The notes beneath the pieces are model-generated. The model did not search any database. It was not told the DNA's origin and saw nothing but the letters and a program-made list of their open reading frames with translations. The position numbers were made by a program, and so were the translations under genes. This document shows, piece after piece, positions 63,558 to 64,000 of a DNA stretch of 64,000 nucleotides. The stretch spans positions 248 through 64,247 of the forward strand of contig WHTH01000017.1 of assembly GCA_009377865.1 (NCBI GenBank), given 5' to 3'. Source of the DNA: Pseudonocardiaceae bacterium. Its GTDB lineage: Bacteria > Actinomycetota > Actinomycetes > Mycobacteriales > Pseudonocardiaceae. Within the stretch, counting starts at the first letter, position 1. Every line of letters starts with the position of its first letter.

Positions 63558-64000
63558 ATGCGTTCCGCGATCCTCGACATCGACATCACCTATCCGGCCT
63601 CCGGGCTGATCCGCCCCGTCTCCGACGAGGAGCGCGCCGCGTACGAGCGGGATGGTGCCGCGATCGTGAAAGGGGTCATCCCGCAGGATTGGGTCGACTT
63701 CATGCGAGCCGGGGTGGCCCGCCTGATCGAGCAGTCCGATCCCTCCTCGCAGAACTACGCGGATGACGGCGATCCCCGGTTCTTCTCGCTGACCTTCCCG
63801 TGGATGTTCGACGACGCGTTCAAGGCGTGGGCGATCCACGGACCGTTGAAGCACGTCACCCGGCAGGTGCTGACCGACGTCACGGAGGTCATCTTCTTCT
63901 ACGACCAGATCTTCGCCAAGGAGCCCGGCGCCACCAAGCCCACCCCGTGGCACCAGGACCTGCCCTTCCTGCCGGTCAAGGGTGACCAGCAGATCCGGAT
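63558..64000 (+). CDS. Phytanoyl-CoA dioxygenase (PhyH) family Fe(II)/2-oxoglutarate oxygenase, N-terminal part (runs off the window)
   Basis: This ORF is not in the supplied track because it is open-ended. My translation from the ATG at 63558 (RBS GAAGGA) is MRSAILDIDITYP...ERDGAAIVKGVIP...KPTPWHQDLPFLPV..., with the WHQD iron-ligand motif. Confidence 0.65.
   Translation, partial: MRSAILDIDITYPASGLIRPVSDEERAAYERDGAAIVKGVIPQDWVDFMRAGVARLIEQSDPSSQNYADDGDPRFFSLTFPWMFDDAFKAWAIHGPLKHVTRQVLTDVTEVIFFYDQIFAKEPGATKPTPWHQDLPFLPVKGDQQIR

Overview
High-GC (about 70%) actinobacterial chromosomal segment. No rRNA, tRNA or CRISPR array was seen.

Right part, 43-59 kb (core): SPFH/NfeD, hemH, inhA, fabG1, VWA-DUF58-MoxR, a RipA-like endopeptidase and aconitase. 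From memory, this order is colinear with M. tuberculosis Rv1488-Rv1475c, so the source is probably a Mycobacteriales-type or closely related actinomycete.

Left half, 1-31.5 kb (accessory, heavily scarred by mobile DNA):
- The 3' end of a group II intron sits inside a decayed transposase gene (1-1006).
- A roughly 20 kb, almost entirely minus-strand island that looks biosynthetic (1.1-21.1 kb). It encodes two DegT-type aminotransferases, a UbiA-family prenyltransferase, an FAD oxidoreductase, two adenylate-forming ligases, an AhpD-like protein, a methyltransferase, a Gfo/Idh/MocA plus xylose-isomerase-like TIM-barrel fusion, an M20 hydrolase, an Ldh_2 dehydrogenase, further Gfo/Idh/MocA genes and a nucleotide-sugar dehydrogenase. 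No PKS, NRPS or glycosyltransferase is present.
- A graveyard of IS110, IS1380, DUF6431 and ATPase fragments (21.9-24.6 kb).
- A TetR gene followed by two MetE-like genes.
- An MFS gene truncated by integrase and ISL3 fragments.
- A toxin-antitoxin-like pair and a 30-bp-arm hairpin.

Middle, 32-43 kb: a GntR-controlled catabolic locus (GabT-like aminotransferase, gabD, maleate-isomerase-like protein, DUF3830, D-2-hydroxyacid dehydrogenase, amidase) with three copies of an ATTGTCGACAAT operator, then a cbiM-(PDGLE)-cbiQ-cbiO ECF transporter.

Right end, 60-64 kb: TPP-dependent E1 alpha and beta genes with no E2 in view, a third MetE-like gene and a PhyH-family dioxygenase.

Method and limits: all functional calls come from reading the supplied translations for family motifs. 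No database search or alignment was run. Many long ORFs in the track are antisense or N-terminally over-extended GC artefacts and were trimmed or rejected.
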